A stretch of 64,000 bases of DNA from the human T2T-CHM13v2.0 reference genome, Homo sapiens, in assembly GCF_009914755.1 (NCBI RefSeq), contig NC_060939.1; one strand, given 5' to 3'. Shown here piece by piece: positions 21,682 through 39,300 of this stretch. Each line of letters begins with the position of its first letter. The first letter of the stretch is position 1. Position numbers and translations under genes: made by a program. The notes under the pieces are model-generated. The model was not told the DNA's origin, made no database searches, and saw only the letters and a program-made list of their open reading frames with translations.

Positions 21682-22835
21682 GTAACTTACCTGAGATAAT
21701 AGTTTAGGCTTTGTTCCAGCTGTTGTGGCATAACCCTCAAACAACCTGTTCTCATTCTACCTGTAAAATTATTCTCAGAATCTTTGGTGTTTTTTTAAAT
21801 ACTAAAAGATGTCTTTCTTTTTGACTTAGGAAATAGTTTTGTTCTTTTTCTTTTATAATCCTCATACCTGTTTCATCTTACCCTAGAGAAATTCCCTGTG
21901 ATGATATCTACTTTTACTACATCAAATTGTAGACTTACATTTTACTATTTTTCCTTAGATAGAATTCACATGCTGTGAGATTCACCATTTTAAAGAATAC
22001 CAAATCAGTGGTTTTTATTTATTCACAAAGTTGTTAACATTAAAATTTGACCTTTGGAAATATAAGGAAATATTTTAGAAATCTGTAGGGAGTATGAAGG
22101 GTCATTTTTTATTTTAAATTGTAGAGGTGGTAGAATGACGTTTACTTCCTGGATCTGTTTTTGGTCATGGCTGCAGTTTTGTTTGGAGTGTACATCTTCT
22201 GGGTGTTCTGCTCAGGAGTTTATTTAGTGTTGCTTTCAGTGAAATTGCCATCCCAGTCCTGTCTGAATCTATAACTGCCACACTGTATGGTCACTCTTAG
22301 AGACATGAATGGATTGATTGATTTCATTCTTTCTTTTGTTCTCATTTTTTTCTGTTTATATCCTTTGACGTAAGAATTCCGCTTCTGGGAAGTTATCCGA
22401 AGTAAATAATCAGAAAGCACCAAAAAAATGTATACAGAAGGATTTTTTAGCATTGATTATGATAGAAAAAATTGATAGCAAAGTACATGTTTCTTTACAA
22501 GGGGTATTAATTGTGTTACAGCCAAATACTAGTGCCATTTAAAAGGATATCAACCCAAGTAAAGGGCCTTTGATGTATTAAGTGGGGAAAAACGGTTGAA
22601 GGTTATAGGAGTTTGTGTTCTAGCTAAGATCAGATCACTATTTTTGTGTAAAAATAAAGTGAGTGTTCTTGGGAAAAATTTGTAAGGAGATAAAATGGTT
22701 TTCATTTCTGTGTGATGGGATTAAGGGTGGTTTTTATTTTCCTTGTACTTTCCTGTAGAGTTCAAATTTTTGTAACCAAAGGAAAATTTATTTTAAAAAA
22801 GTGAGGTGTAGGGTATCAGAAGGTGGCTAAAACCA

Positions 22836-23165
22836 TTTTATATTTTGTATTTTGTTCAATATAGAAATATTGTATACATTTTATATTTTGTATTTTGTGC
22901 AATATATAAATATTGTATACAAATATGTATATTATATAGATAAATATATGACTTATACAATATATTACAATATAGAATATATTGTAATATAATTTTACAA
23001 TATTATATAATATACAATATATAATTACATATTGTAATATATAATCATATATACAATATATTATATATTATATATACACAATATATTACAACATGTAATT
23101 ATATATTACGTATATAGTATATTGATATGTATACAATATACAACAGATATGCATTGTTGCATACA
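22836..23165. repeat. AT-rich low-complexity tract (tatattgta/tacaatata units)
   Basis: Direct reading. Confidence 0.9.
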
Positions 23166-25733
23166 TACCTGTGGAATTGTGTTAAATCAGAACTGAGTCT
23201 TTGCAGAAGACTAGCTTTTCTCCTCTTTTTTTCAGAGAAAGTTCTGAAGTTCTCTTCCTTGCCACTGGTATGTTTGAGAATTAGGCCCCACAATTGTTAG
23301 GAAATGCAGTACGTCAAGTTCTTACAGCTACGTGGCCTGTCTGTGCACCTGTAATTTCCTTTCCCTGTTTTTTAATATAGTATAAAATACTGTGCTATAT
23401 AGTGTAAAATATTACACTGTGCACCTGTAACTTCCTGTTTCTGTTTTTTATATAGTATATTGCCAGTGGGCAATGACAATAACCTCATTTGAATGTTACT
23501 AAGAGCTTTGTTAATATTTGCAATTGCTAGTAGTGTTGTTACTACGAGATGCTTTTTTAATGATGTAATTTTGTTACCTTTTTTGGTTTACTAACAGTAG
23601 TATATTGTCCTGGACTACAATTGCAACAAACACAGAATGTATTAAAGGCTTTCAGGAACAACTTGATAATCATGGCTGTAAGCCTTGAATTGTCCACCCT
23701 ACGTTTAGGCCCAGAAGACTTCTGAGTAATAAGAACTAATGATAACCTAAAAATGTATTGTTGTTCTTAATATAATGTATAATACGTAATTGACAATACG
23801 TATATGGTGTTTATTGGGATGTCTTTTCTAATCTCTTTATATGGTACATGCTGGCCTATTATAGAAAATTCATGCAGTCATTTTTTGGTTCTTATCCTTT
23901 TTGACTCTTTATTATAATTGGTACTGTTGGCTGCCTTTTCCCTGAGATATTTCTTAGTTTGATTTTTAAAATTGTTTTTAATCTGCTCAACTAGTCCTGT
24001 TTTCTTTAATTATTCTACCTTCCATGTCCTAGTGATGGACATACTTTAAGATGCAATCCTTGTTAGATACATTTTCCCATTTTCATGGTTTCATTTATTC
24101 TCAAGACTTGCTGACATAAGATAAACACGGTATCTTCAGTTGGCTGCTGGACATTTCTCCTTGGATAGCTTTCTGTCACCTAGAATTTTTCATATCTAAA
24201 ACTAAATCTACCTTTTCCCCAACTGAACTTCCCTTCCTCTATAATAAATGGTACCATGTCATCATTTTCCCAGTCATCCAGTCTCAAAACCTTGGAGATA
24301 CCTTGAACTTCTAAATCTGGTCATTCCCTAAGCCTTCTCCATTTATTTGAAATATCTCTTTTATCCATCTACTGTTACAACAGCCTCCCAGCATACCTCC
24401 CCAGCTCCCATCTCCCATTATTCAACATATGCTGTGTCCTGTCTCCAGTCAGATCTCCCCAGGGCTCTATTTTTATCCTTAGCTCCAAAGCTAGGCTACT
24501 TCTTTATGTCCTGCTTATCAAGTTCAGACTTGTCTGACTTTCAAGTTGCTTATAATAATCTGATTTTATCCTACCTATCCAACCTTATTTTTCTGTTATT
24601 TTCTAGAACGTATTCTGTAGATTTTAAAAAACAATAGGGTATATTGCCTTACTGTCTCACAAACACATCATGATTATTTTTGCTTTATTTATTCTGGCTA
24701 TTTCTCTTATTTGGAAGGCCTTTTGCTCTCTATCATGATTCACTCATTTCTTTAGTTTATGATTTCACAGTCTTAATATAGGCCTTTATTGCTTATCCAA
24801 ATTCTTCTCACCTCATTATTCAGTCTTTTGCTTCTCCGAACCACTGTCACCCCTTATTTCCCTAAATTACAGATTGAATTGTATGGTGCCACATGACTGT
24901 GAGAATAGGCCTTGAAGTTCAAGGCTATTCCCAGTCTAAATCTACTCTGTTCCTATCCTACCTCATTCACTAACTCATCGAATGTAGAGCTTCCATGACC
25001 CTGGCTCTGGGCTTGATATCAAAGATATGGCAGTTAATAAATAACATAGATCTAGCCCTGCCTTCGTGTGGCTTATAGTCTGTTGGAGTAGCCAAACAGA
25101 TAAACACAAATGATCGATTTTGGTAAGTGCTACCGTGGAAAAGTACTTGTCTTCCAAATTCCCTCATACATGCTCTATTCTAGCTACTTCATCTGTGTAG
25201 CTTCCCATTTCTCCTAAGCATTAAACACATTTTAATATTTTATAGTTTTTTTCAATGTCTAAATGTAGCAGGTTGCACAAACTAAAGCACTTAGTAAATG
25301 TTCATTGTTGAGTTGTTTCTCCATCTAGGCATGGTAGATAGTAACTAGGAGCATTGTAGTTCTGAAAGCCTCATACTCAGATCAGTCCAGTGATTTAAAC
25401 TGGACTAGAACTTGGTCTTCATATGCCTGTGTCTGGGTCTGAAATAAGTAAATCACCTTCTCACACCTAATGAAATTCAGTGGGTTGTCCAAATAGAGAT
25501 TTTCCAAGTAGTACTTTTTATTCTGTATTATAGCACTTTATTCCTTGCAATTCTTATGATGAAATGTCTGTTCACCCTAATGAAGTTATTTGCTGAATGC
25601 CACCGATGTTTTCTAAGAATGCCACCGATGTTTTCTAACTGTCCATAGTTTGATTTGGATTATTGATGATTGGTGAATGTCAGATGAACACAGTGAATGG
25701 ATATCTTACTCTGTTTCTTTTATTTCTCCCTAG

Positions 25734-25810
25734 ATTTTTTACCCAGAAACTACAGATATCTATGATCGAAAGAACATGCCAAGATGTATCTACTGTATCC
25801 ATGCACTCAG
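25734..25810 (+). CDS. IQGAP1: IQGAP1 exon 5 (77 nt; IFYPETTDIYDRKNMPRCIYCIHAL)
   Basis: ccctag acceptor, gtagtc donor; end of CH domain. Confidence 0.98.
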
Positions 25811-26153
25811 GTAGTCAAATTTTCTTGGCAAAATAAGGAAATTATGAATAACATCTGAATTGAGTGTGTAGTTTTTTATCCTTGAGGTAAGAATGAAAAA
25901 GTTTTTTGATTAGTTTCAAAAGTTCCAAATAGGATAAAATACTATTATCCGAACAAAATGGTGAGAAACAGCTGTGTTTTTCTAGGGAGTTTGGAGAAGG
26001 GATTTATTTATTTAATAGCAGGTAATTTTCTTCTAAAAACATGGTATCTTTCATAATTGATCTAGTATTTCTGTGAACTATGCATTCACTTGGGGTGCAG
26101 TCTCTTGTTTAGTTAGGTAGGTCCTTGCCATTGTTAAGCCATTTGTTCATTCA

Positions 26154-27510
<1,357 letters not shown>

Positions 27511-28984
27511 TACCAAATATGTGTGTCTGAGTCCAGATCAGATTAATTCTGAGTATTTTGTTTGGCTTAGTGTTGCATGAGATTTGTCCATGTTGATAAT
27601 CTTGTGAAGGCCTTACCTGCAATGGATATCTGAACGTGGAAGCAGAATTCCTCTCTGCTAGTTGTGTAGCCACTACTCTGCAGTGTAACCTGGGTTCCAG
27701 GCCCTCAAATTCTCTGTAGTAGAGCCTAAAGAATTAACTATGCCTTCCTAGTGGTAGAGTCAGAATGAGAAAGAGAGGAAGTCTGCTATTGTTTTCCATT
27801 TCTCTTGAATATGTAGTCTGTGCTTAGAAAGTATATATAGAGCAGTGTGTTTCGTGATTTATGGTTTCTTTTTTATGGTGTTTTTCCTGAAGGGTGGATT
27901 GGCAACATTTGATAATATGTAGGAAGTATTTATAATTGCTGAAAGTGCCTTCTTTTACCACAAAACACAGCCATGTTCAAAGCAGGTTCCTCACCTTGCT
28001 ATATTGGATAAGGCTCCATCTCCCTTTGGATCAACAGTGACAGAAAAATACTACCTCTCTGTCTCCTCCCTGCTTGCCTTTTTTTTTTTTTTTCCTCTAA
28101 AGTCTTGATTGGCATTATTCCAGAGATAGTCACTGTACTTTAATCATACTAAATTACTTTTGTAGATAACATTCCACTCTCAGATAAGACCCCAGTTTTC
28201 CATTCTCAAAATACTTGTATACTAAGTTTGGTGTAAGCTCATTTGTCTCCTTAGTATGATTATGTTTGTGTGTTTCTCTGCAGAAAGTAATGGATTGGAT
28301 TGAGGATGCTGCCCCAGGGCTTGCTGGGGATACTTTATGATACCATATACACTGTAAATAGAAATACACTTTCTAATATCTGAGAAATTCAATATTCAGA
28401 CATATCTGGCTCCAAGAATTTGGATAAGGGACTGTGGACCTGTAGTAGATTCTGTTTCCTAATCACCTGCTGTGTTTCAGGGTCTTTATTAATAATCTTT
28501 GAGATTGGCATAGTGACTTCTAGGTTACTCACCATTCACAGAAAAGATAATTAGAATCCAGATAGATTAACATAGCTTCCTTCTGCCCATTGCTACAAAG
28601 TACAGCTTAAGTAGGAAATAAGAAAAATAAATCTAAGTGCAGTTACAGGCTGACGCATTATAGTGCCTAACAGTATATTTGTAGAAGTAGGCATGGGAGA
28701 GCAGGAGCAAAGATTGGAAAGTGCTGTTCACCATTAGGGTTTATAAGTTTCAGTGTGAAGCTAAGTACTTTTGATTGTGGGTAAGAGGACTTAACTGGCC
28801 GTTTTGAATCCTTTCATAGCTCCAGTGTCTCCATAAAATACTCGTAATAATTAAAGAGAGTTAAAAGAAAGATGGTGCCCATGTCTACTTTTTATATTAG
28901 CCAGTGATACGGTTGTAGCACCTTTAATTTACCACTGAAAGACATTAAAAGCTAAGTCAGTGTTCCTGGTACTGTGAAAGCAAC

Positions 28985-29368
28985 TGTATTAGTCCGTTCT
29001 TGTACTGCTATAAAGAAATACCTGAGACTGGGTAATTCATAAAGAAAAGAGGTTTAACTGGCTTAAGGTTCCACAGCCTGTACAAGAAGCATGGCTGGGG
29101 AGACCTCCTCAGGAAACTTACAATCATGGTAGAAGACAAAGAGGAAGCAGTCACGTCTCACGTGGCAGGAACAAGAGGAAGAGAGAGGTGGGGAGGTGCT
29201 TACATACTTTTAAAAAACCAAATCTAGCGATAACTCACTCACTGTTAGGAGAACAGCACCAAGGGGGAAACCTGCCCCCATTGATCCAATCACCTCTCAC
29301 CAGGCCCCCACCTGGGGATTACAATTTGACATGAGATTTGGACAGGGACACAGACCCAAACCATATCA
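28985..29368. mobile_element. MaLR solo LTR (MSTA/THE1-like)
   Basis: tgtattagtcc...aaaccatatca ends; 5-bp TSD gcaac. Confidence 0.9.
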
Positions 29369-29565
29369 GCAACATTCTTGAACTTTCTTAAAATTTCTTG
29401 TTCGCTATTTCCAAGTAGGAATAAATGAGAAAGAAATTCTTGGAGAAAAATATTCTCTTAATTAAGAATGCAGATGTGATGTATTAGTGAGAAAAATATA
29501 TAAAAAATATATAAAAATGTATAAAAATATATAGAAAGTTATTAGTTATTTTGCTTTGGAATTTC

Positions 29566-31145
<1,580 letters not shown>

Positions 31146-31346
31146 TAGGACAATGTTGTCATGTAAACTAAAAAAAAAAAACTGAGGTAAATAGCGTATT
31201 GTAACTACAAAGGAGACTGTCGTAGGTACTGGGAGTCTCAGTGTTCAGAATACTTCTATTTTATACTTCATGCTGATTTTCGCCTTTTAAGGGTGGCAGC
31301 TAGGCACAGCTGGGAGGCCTAACCTTTTGCATATTGTATCTTCTAG

Positions 31347-31414
31347 TTTGTACCTGTTCAAGCTAGGCCTGGCCCCTCAGATTCAAGACCTATATGGAAA
31401 GGTTGACTTCACAG
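31347..31414 (+). CDS. IQGAP1: IQGAP1 exon 6 (68 nt; SLYLFKLGLAPQIQDLYGKVDFT)
   Basis: ttctag acceptor, gtaagg donor, frame continuous. Confidence 0.97.
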
Positions 31415-32516
31415 GTAAGGAGTTAGATACTTGGCAGGAAATGCTTGAATTATGTGGAAATAGCCTGGAGAGCCAGCAGTACCAATTTTGAAGACCTAGG
31501 GCTTTAAAAATACACTGGCAGTGGAGGTGAAAAAAATACGAATAACTTGCTTCTCTAATGTGGGGTAAAGAACACTAAACTTGAAATTTCAAGCTCTGTT
31601 CTCTCACTTAATAATGTGAACATGATTAGTGAGTCTCAGTTTTCTTATATGTAAATTGGGGATAACATTAACATATATAAAACATAATAATGTTAACACA
31701 TAACACTAAATGTTCGGGTATGTTGAAAAAAGCTTTATAACTATCTTTCCCTTTCCATTCCAGCAAGCATCTGTTGTGGGCAAAGCAAGAGGGAGAGTGG
31801 GGAGTGAGATGACACAAAGATGCCAATTTAGTAATTTTAAAATTTAAGCTTATTTGGGTGGGTGTTTCTATGTGTATTTGCTATAGCCAGATGCTTGAAG
31901 AGATGAGGGGTTGGGGAGAAAAAGGGCAGTGGTAATACTGTTTAAGGGTAAGATAGATTCAAGTCTTTCAAAGTGGTGATTATTTTGTAGGCTTGAAAGT
32001 TTAAAAATTGGTAAGAAAGTTTTTGTCCATGATATTTTTTCCTTCCAGGGAAGTTATTCACCAGACCTGGGGAAAGGACCAGACCTTACATGTTTTCTTT
32101 ATCATTTGGCTTTCTGCCTTAGAAATGAAATTGTTGAATAGCAGCTAATGATTGTAAAGACTGAGATAACTGACTTAGTTTGTGATTCACTTATTGTTGA
32201 GCTCACGTTAAAGCTGTTCCATTTATAAGTTCATTGTAGGAAATGCCATAAGTAGCAATTTTGAAAAACTATTTCCTGTAGGACCTTCTCACTTTATAGT
32301 TATTTTTGATGCCCTTGATAATAATAACGTTTGACTACATTTTATATACTAGTTACTGTGTTAAGTGCTTTCCATACATTGTATCTTTATATCCTTATAA
32401 AACCCTAAAAGGTAAATGCCATTTTATCCCATTGCATAGTTGAGGAATATGTTTCCTTCTCTTGGTTATGGAAGGGTGCTTAGCTTGATTGACTGATTAT
32501 TAATTCCCTCCTGTAG

Positions 32517-32630
32517 AAGAAGAAATCAACAACATGAAGACTGAGTTGGAGAAGTATGGCATCCAGATGCCTGCCTTTAGCAAGATTGGGGGCATCTTGG
32601 CTAATGAACTGTCAGTGGATGAAGCCGCAT
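32517..32630 (+). CDS. IQGAP1: IQGAP1 exon 7 (114 nt; EEEINNMKTELEKYGIQMPAFSKIGGILANELSVDEAA)
   Basis: ctgtag acceptor, gtaaga donor, phase 1-1. Confidence 0.97.
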
Positions 32631-32828
32631 GTAAGAAGAGAGAAATTTTGTGGGTTCAACTGGGATTGTTGCCACTATTTCCAATAATTAATTCTATAGT
32701 GATGATCTAGGACATTATGAATCTTGCCAGCAAGTTTAAGTCCACAGATGTAGTTGTAAACACATAGTCTTCCATGCTGTTATTATTTGGAAATACATGA
32801 TTAATTCTGATTAAAGTGAAAGCATTTA

Positions 32829-33147
<319 letters not shown>

Positions 33148-33520
33148 GGAAGTCCTACATTTCCGTGGCTCATTGAGTTTCTTATTGTTTTATGGTGTTT
33201 ACTTGGTAATTAAGGCAGATATCTCCAGAGCAAGTGTTCCTTGCAAGGCTCTCTTATGAGTGTTTCTCTGTGAGATTCTAAATTCACCATCCCAGACATG
33301 GATCACAGATGGAGCTGTGGCTTTGCATACTGTAAGGAAGAGGCTAGGCTCATAGCCTGGCCCAGGGAGCCAGTCTTCGAACCCCAGTTGTTATTTCTCT
33401 GTGAAAAGGAGCCTCTGTCTCTAATGGGGGGTGCAATGTTGCTTTCTGTTGTGATATACATCCTGTAATCTATATAATCTCAGTGTTTTTGTTGGTTTGT
33501 TTTTTTGTTTTTTTTTTTAG

Positions 33521-33699
33521 TACATGCTGCTGTTATTGCTATTAATGAAGCTATTGACCGTAGAATTCCAGCCGACACATTTGCAGCTTTGAAAAATCCG
33601 AATGCCATGCTTGTAAATCTTGAAGAGCCCTTGGCATCCACTTACCAGGATATACTTTACCAGGCTAAGCAGGACAAAATGACAAATGCTAAAAACAGG
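33521..33699 (+). CDS. IQGAP1: IQGAP1 exon 8 (179 nt; LHAAVIAINEAIDRRIP...KMTNAKNR)
   Basis: Poly-T + tag acceptor, gtaaaa donor; overlaps ORF 33505..33753. Confidence 0.97.
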
Positions 33700-34310
33700 G
33701 TAAAAATGCAACATCTATTCTTTCTAATTAATTTATATTATTCCGTCATTTGATATGGCTCCAGTTTAAACATCAGTTTTATTGAGATGCAGTTTACATA
33801 CAACAAAATTCACCGGATTTTAAATGTACAGTTTGAGTTTTGAAAAGTATATGTGATCATTTAACCATCACTCCCAGAAAGTTCCTTAGTGCACTTTTGC
33901 AATTAGTTTCCACCTTACCCACACCCCTGAGCCCAGGCAACTACCAGTCTATTTTCTATTGCTGCCATTGACCTTTTTAAGAATTTTATACAAATGGAAT
34001 GATGCAGTATCTAATCTTTTGGTGTGAGGCTCCATTTTGACCTCTGCTTCTTGAATTTTATATAAATAAAATTCTAGAGCGTAGCCATTAAAATTAATAG
34101 TGCCCTTTGGAAAGATTATCTCTAAATATTAACATAGTCTTTCCTCTTTCCCAGATTCTCTGGGGTAAAATGTTTGTGTACAGTTGTTATGGGTATGTGG
34201 AAGTTAGTTAAATGATTCTGACTTGAAAAAACTGAATCTGAGGATCTCATTTCCCGAGGTCAGGAGTTTGAGACCAGCCTGGCCAACATGGCGAAATCCC
34301 ATCTATACTA

Positions 34311-34478
<168 letters not shown>

Positions 34479-35408
34479 TCACACAAATTTATCCACCCCT
34501 TGTTAAAATTAGTGGTTGATGACAAAACGAAGACAATCCTGCTCTCAGAACATTCTTTGTATCTCTTATCATAGAGCAGGGATTTCAGTTTCCCAGTTAG
34601 GTGCCAAACTGGCCTGCAGGCAAGTAGCTGCTGCCCTGCCTCTGCCTATGTCACCAGTGAGACTCCAGGATTGTGGATCTGTATGTGCCCATTCTGCTCA
34701 GATCTGAGGCAAGGATGTGCTGCCCCTAATCCCAGCACTTTGGGAGGCCAAGGCGGGCAGATCACTTGAGGTTAGGAGTTTGAGACCAGCCTGGCCAATA
34801 TGGTGAAACCCTATCTCTACTAAAAATACCAAAAAAATTAACTGGGCATGATGGTGCACGCCTGTAGTCCCAGCTACTCAGGAGGCTGAAGCAAGAGAAT
34901 CACGTGAACCCAGGAGGCAGAGTTTTTAATGAGCCAAGATGGTGCCATTGCACTGCAGCCTGGGTGACAGAGTGAGACTCTGTCTCAAAAAAAAGACAGA
35001 ATCTCGCTCAGTCACCTAGGCTGGAGTGCAGTGGCACGGTCATAACTCACTGCAGCCTTGAACTTCTGGGGAAAGCAATCTTACTGTCACAGCCTCCTGA
35101 GTAGCTGGGACTACAGGCATGTGCCACCACATTGGGCTAATAAAAAAAAGTTTTTTGTAGAGATGGGGTCTCGCTATGTTGCCCAGGCTGATCTCAAACT
35201 CTTGGCTTCAAGCCATCTTCCCACCTTGGCCTTCCAAAGCACTGGGATTACAGGCATGAGTTACTGTGCCTGCTTTGTTCTTTATAAAGGGTCTTAAGCT
35301 ACACCCATATTCTTGGTAGTGTTATGGTGCAGGAGGAGCACACGTGTATTTATGTGGTCTTCTTAGACACCTTAAGCTAACTTAATTACGCTTTTTACTC
35401 ATCCTCAG

Positions 35409-35493
35409 ACAGAAAACTCAGAGAGAGAAAGAGATGTTTATGAGGAGCTGCTCACGCAAGCTGAAATTCAAGGCAATATAAACAAAGTCAATA
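35409..35493 (+). CDS. IQGAP1: IQGAP1 exon 9 (85 nt; TENSERERDVYEELLTQAEIQGNINKVN)
   Basis: cctcag acceptor, gtaagt donor. Confidence 0.97.
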
Positions 35494-35859
35494 GTAAGTA
35501 TGTTCCTGAATCAGGCACCTAAAGGGATATTATAATATAATGTGAATGTTGATCTATTCTGGGACTTACAACATAGTTTGATTTACTTACTTTAGACATT
35601 CGTGGATTTGTTTAGCAATAATTGCTTGTTAACAATCTTTTGTGTTTCTATGCCTCCGTTTTAATTATTTATCTTCAGTCAGCCGCTTGTTCCTACACTG
35701 ACAGTAGCATCATAGTAGTCTGTTTGGCTACAGTTTCACTCTTTCACCCTATTACATGCTTTTAAATATTATTTTCCTGGCCAGGCACAGTGGCTGATTA
35801 ATCCCAGCACTTACATATCTGTAATCCCAGGACTTTGGGAGGCTAAGGCGGGTGGATCA

Positions 35860-36096
<237 letters not shown>

Positions 36097-36253
36097 CTAT
36101 TTTTTTAAAGTAACATTATATTTTTGTTTTTCCTTTAAAGAATAATGCAAGCTGTCTAGAAATAAAAAATAAACCACAAAAATTAGACTCCTTCACTTAG
36201 AAATAATCATCACTTAGGAATAATCATTACTGGCATTTTTTTGTATGTCCTTC

Positions 36254-36258
<5 letters not shown>

Positions 36259-36294
<36 letters not shown>
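36259..36294. repeat. (TG)18 microsatellite followed by (TA)n and poly-T
   Basis: Direct reading. Confidence 0.97.
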
Positions 36295-36305
<11 letters not shown>

Positions 36306-39300
36306 TTTTTTTTTTCTTTAAGAGACAGAGTTACACTTTGTTGTTTAGGCTGCAGTTGCGATTATGGTTTACTGCAGCCTCAAACTCTTGGGCTCAAACC
36401 ATCCTTCTGTTTCAAATTCTCTAGTAGCTAGGACTACAGTCATGCGCTGCCACACCCAGCTGATTTTTAAAATTTTTTTGAAGAGACAGGGTCTCGCTCT
36501 GTTGCCCAGGTTGGTGTCAAACTCCTGATCTCAAGTGATCCTGCCACCTTGGCCTCCCAAATTGCTGGGATTACAGGCATGAGCCACCTTGCCCAGCCTC
36601 CAAAACATATTTAAACAAAAATGAGATTATACTTTTAATATTGACTTTTATATATGTGTTACTTTTGGGAAATTAATTTATTGAAATTATCATTTTGTCA
36701 CTACTCTGCTAAAGAACTCACCATGACTACTTCATACTTGCCAGACAAAATGCAGATCCCTAGCCTAGTGCAGTTCTTTATGCAATATTTCATGCATACA
36801 GCTCTTTGTAGAAGCTCATTTGCCTAATTACCTCCCATACTCATTCTGTACATTTTATGACTTAAAAGGAATCTGGGCCAGGCAATTCCAGCATTTTGGA
36901 AGGCCAGGGCAGGTGGATTGCCTGAGCTTAGGTTTGAGACCAGCCTGGGCAATGTGGCGAAACCCTGTCTCTACAAAAAATACAAAAACTAGCTGGACGT
37001 GGTGACATGCGCCTGTAGTCCCAGCTACTTGGGGGCTGAAGCAGGAGGATTGCTTGAGCCCAGGAGGTTGAGGCTACAGTGAGCTGTGTTCGCACCACTG
37101 CACTGTAGCCTGGGCAACAGAGTGAGACCCTGCCTCAAAAAATTAATTAATTAATTTTTTTTTTTTAAAAAAGAATCTGGCTCTGAAGTGGTACTGACCT
37201 GGTATTTGATCTCTTGTTCCTCTGTTAAAAGCTGTGTAACATTGGGCACCTGCAGTAGCGTTGTTAGACATATAATACGAGATAGTGTATGTAAATTGCC
37301 TGCTATTTAGTAAGTACTCAATGAACATTAATATTATCGCTATGTCATGTAATCTCCCTACTGTAATGCCTTCATGCCTCATCTCTTCCTAATCCAAATT
37401 GTACCCATCATTCAAGATCCAGTTCAATTTTCACTTCAGTGCCTGTCACAGTTCAATATGGTTGACTTTCAAATCTCCTGTGTCGTACACAGGCTCATCC
37501 CTATAAATTTGCACTTAATTATATATTGTCTTGTATTGCTTGATCTTTATTTCTGACATCTTTGTAAACTCCTTAAAGTAGAGATTACGTATTCTGCTTC
37601 TTTTGAAGTCCTCCTAATTCCTAGCATAGGTTTAGACTCACCAAAAAAACTAAAAGGTTTGATTTCAACCAACTAGGTCAGGCTTAATCTTGTTTTGCTC
37701 AAGATACTCATAACAATAATAATAGTAATTGTTCTCATTGTTCATTTGGAGGGCCAAATTTCTCATTTGAACTAATACTAATAACTAGAGAGGATTTAGA
37801 AGATTTTACCAATTGCATAGGATTGGAGTTTTAAGTCCTGACCAGCATTCTTTTTTTTTGGGTTTTTTTTTTTTTTGGAGACAGAGCCCAGGCTGGAGTG
37901 CAGTGGCACGATCTCGGCTCACTGCAACCTCTGCCTCCTGGGTTCAAGAGATTTCTTCTGCCTCAGCCTCCTGAGTGGATGACCAGCATTCTTTGTATTC
38001 TGCTACCTTCTGGTTCATTTAGGATAATGACCTTCCTAGCAGAATAATCCATTCAAGTGTGGATGGTATCTTGTGCTGAATCTGTATTAATCCTTAAGTC
38101 AGCAAATATAAACTGGAGTGTCCTTATGGTTGGTTCTCTGTGAGAAGAAAGTCCACGATGTTTCCTGTTGCATAGAGTACATAAAATATTTTTTGTTTTA
38201 CTGAGGGATTTTTCTCTACCTTACTGTTTGGTATTTTATAACCTTTATAGTTTTACCTTGCTAATTGTATAAGAATCAGTTGTGAGCACATGTAAGGAAA
38301 TAATAATATGTTCTTAAAATGTCCTATTCATATTATTATTATGTAGTCAGAGGAGCAAAATAATAAAAATTCCCTCAAATACCTTTCAGTATAGTGGGGA
38401 AGATAGACATACAAATGAGTACTTTTAGGGCAGCTTGATTAGAGCAAGATGCCAAGAGCACATGTGGTGCAGTCATAGAATAAAGAAGGGAATGATGACT
38501 TCTGCTTAGAAGTTTGAGCAGGTTTTCAGTGTACATGGATCTTCACAGGGATCCTTAGGATAGATAAGAGGGTGAGGATAAGGCAGAATTCCCTATAAAA
38601 GGACAGTCTTTTCCTAATTGTAGAGAAAGTCTTGAGGCAAAGGAAAGTTAGATGCCAGGAGGATATAGGGACTTCGGGTTCCAGGAATTAATGTAATTAT
38701 AGATAAGATTCTTTGCCTAGAGCATTCGAAACAGCAATGAGGCCATTGATGCTGCCCCAGGAGAAAGCTGCAGGCCAAGCAGTTAAAAATTAGAAAAAGT
38801 TTTTATTTTATTTTTTGTTAAGTAGACTAAGGAAAATTAGAGTTATATAACTAAAGTTCAGTGAGAGAAAGTATTTAAGTAATGTTCCACACTTTATTAT
38901 GTTTGCAATATAAATGTTTATAGATATTCATTTAATATTTACATATTTAAGTAGTATGTGTACACTTCTAGAAAAAGCAAAATTTACTAGATGCTTTTGT
39001 AGATAGATAATCTAAGACTCTATGCTATATACCTAGAGAAAGTCTAGTTTGTTATCTACATTGATTTTATTTTCTGTCCCTAGCTACTATGAAAGCTCCT
39101 TGAGGACAGGATATTTGTTTTTTTCACAATTATATTTGCAACATATAGCAGATCCTCAGTAAATATCATTGAAGGAATGGATGATTAGTTGGCTAACAGC
39201 CACATATACCTGCAGACATGACTTGAGAAGCCACCACCTTGGTATGGTGCTCAGTTGAATGGCAGGTATGAATATTAGGAAGAAATAAACAGTATCTTAG

